A program made the translations under genes and the position numbers. From Octopus bimaculoides (Eukaryota), in assembly GCF_001194135.2 (NCBI RefSeq), contig NC_068983.1, forward strand, positions 40,686,007 through 40,720,474: a DNA stretch of 34,468 bases, written 5' to 3'. Within the stretch, counting starts at the first letter, position 1, and each line of letters opens with the position of its first letter. The notes beneath the pieces were generated by a model. It saw only the letters and a program-made list of their open reading frames with translations, searched no databases and was not told the origin of the DNA. Shown in pieces: positions 33,773-34,468 of the stretch.

Positions 33773-33935
33773 GCTGGAAATCCCATGCAAGATTGATGTC
33801 TTGCAAAAAGCAGACTTATATTGGGCGCAGTGCACATCTTAAGGAAAATATTATGTCTGAGGTCCTTATGACTTGACAGATGACTAAAGACCCTGGTGCA
33901 TTTTTACCTACACTGTGCTACGAAGGAATAATAAT
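33773..33935 (+). mobile_element. R4/Dong-like LINE extreme 3' end
   Basis: LEIPCKIDVLQKA..LGAVHILRKIL, then a short UTR and AATAATAAT. Confidence 0.7.
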
Positions 33936-33944
33936 GGTAATAGT

Positions 33945-34066
33945 CCTTTCTACTATAGGTACAAGGCCTGAAATTTGGGGGAGGGGGATTGTCGATTACA
34001 TTGACCCCAGTACGTAACTGGTATTCAATTTATCGACTCCGAAAGGATAAAAGGCAAAGTCGACCT
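33945..34066 (-). mobile_element. 5'-truncated SINE family B (short-tail)
   Basis: rc GGTCGACTTTGCCTTTTATCCTTTCGGAGTCGATAAATT..GGGGTCAATGTAATCGAC..CCTTGTACCTATAGTAGAAAG. Confidence 0.85.
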
Positions 34067-34111
34067 TAATGATAAAATAATAATAATAATTATAATAATG
34101 ATAATAATATT

Positions 34112-34422
34112 AATATGAAGTTCAAAAGATAGTGCTCATGGGAACTGCCCATATCCTACGTAAAATACTGTCCATGTGATCTGAAATTTTAAGACAAACA
34201 CAATTTTCTTATGATTTCTTAAACATTCTCTAGAACAACACTATGTACAAATCCAAATATATGGTACCCTAGGCATAACACCTACATGAACTTCTAACTT
34301 GTTGTCTCTTGAGGTCTCTGGGTGAGACTTGGATCCAACTTGTACAAATGCAAAACAAAAGTCAAACATAAAATAATAATAACAATAACAACAACAACAA
34401 CAACAGCAACAACAACAACAAC

Positions 34423-34460
<38 letters not shown>
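34112..34460 (+). mobile_element. R4/Dong-like LINE 3' end with (AAT/AAC)n tail
   Basis: EVQKIVLMGTAHILRKILSM*, then a ~195-bp UTR and a long AAT/AAC tail; 5' junction abuts an AAT-rich tract. Confidence 0.85.
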
Positions 34461-34462
<2 letters not shown>

Positions 34463-34468
34463 CTACTG

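Overview
Repeat-dense, AT-rich eukaryotic DNA with about 4.5 kb of N in 15 gaps. Most gaps are flanked by microsatellites, which points to a short-read assembly. The SINE families, microsatellite load and LINE types look like a cephalopod (Octopus-like) genome; this is my inference from recalled repeat sequences, not a database result. I found no intact protein-coding gene, intact transposase or RT, RNA gene or CRISPR array, and nearly all long ORFs in the track are artefacts of N gaps or microsatellites. Recognisable content: (1) many decayed restriction-like-endonuclease (RLE) non-LTR retrotransposon 3' fragments of R4/Dong type, clustered at (AAT)n/(AAC)n tracts at both window ends; (2) Tx1/L1-, CR1/L2- and Penelope-like fragments, the last ending in a minimal hammerhead-like motif; (3) two internally deleted Tc1/mariner elements with TIRs, each carrying nested SINEs with recoverable target-site duplications; (4) about 25 copies or fragments of at least four tRNA-derived SINE families, including a recurrent dimer/trimer junction; (5) a few candidate host exons (a 246-bp + strand exon, a 12-nt microexon, a 106-bp - strand exon) whose proteins I cannot name. 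I see no convincing evidence of a wholly new biological system. The best leads are the Penelope-linked hammerhead variant, the microsatellite-targeted LINE pile-up, the multimeric SINE and the unidentified exon.
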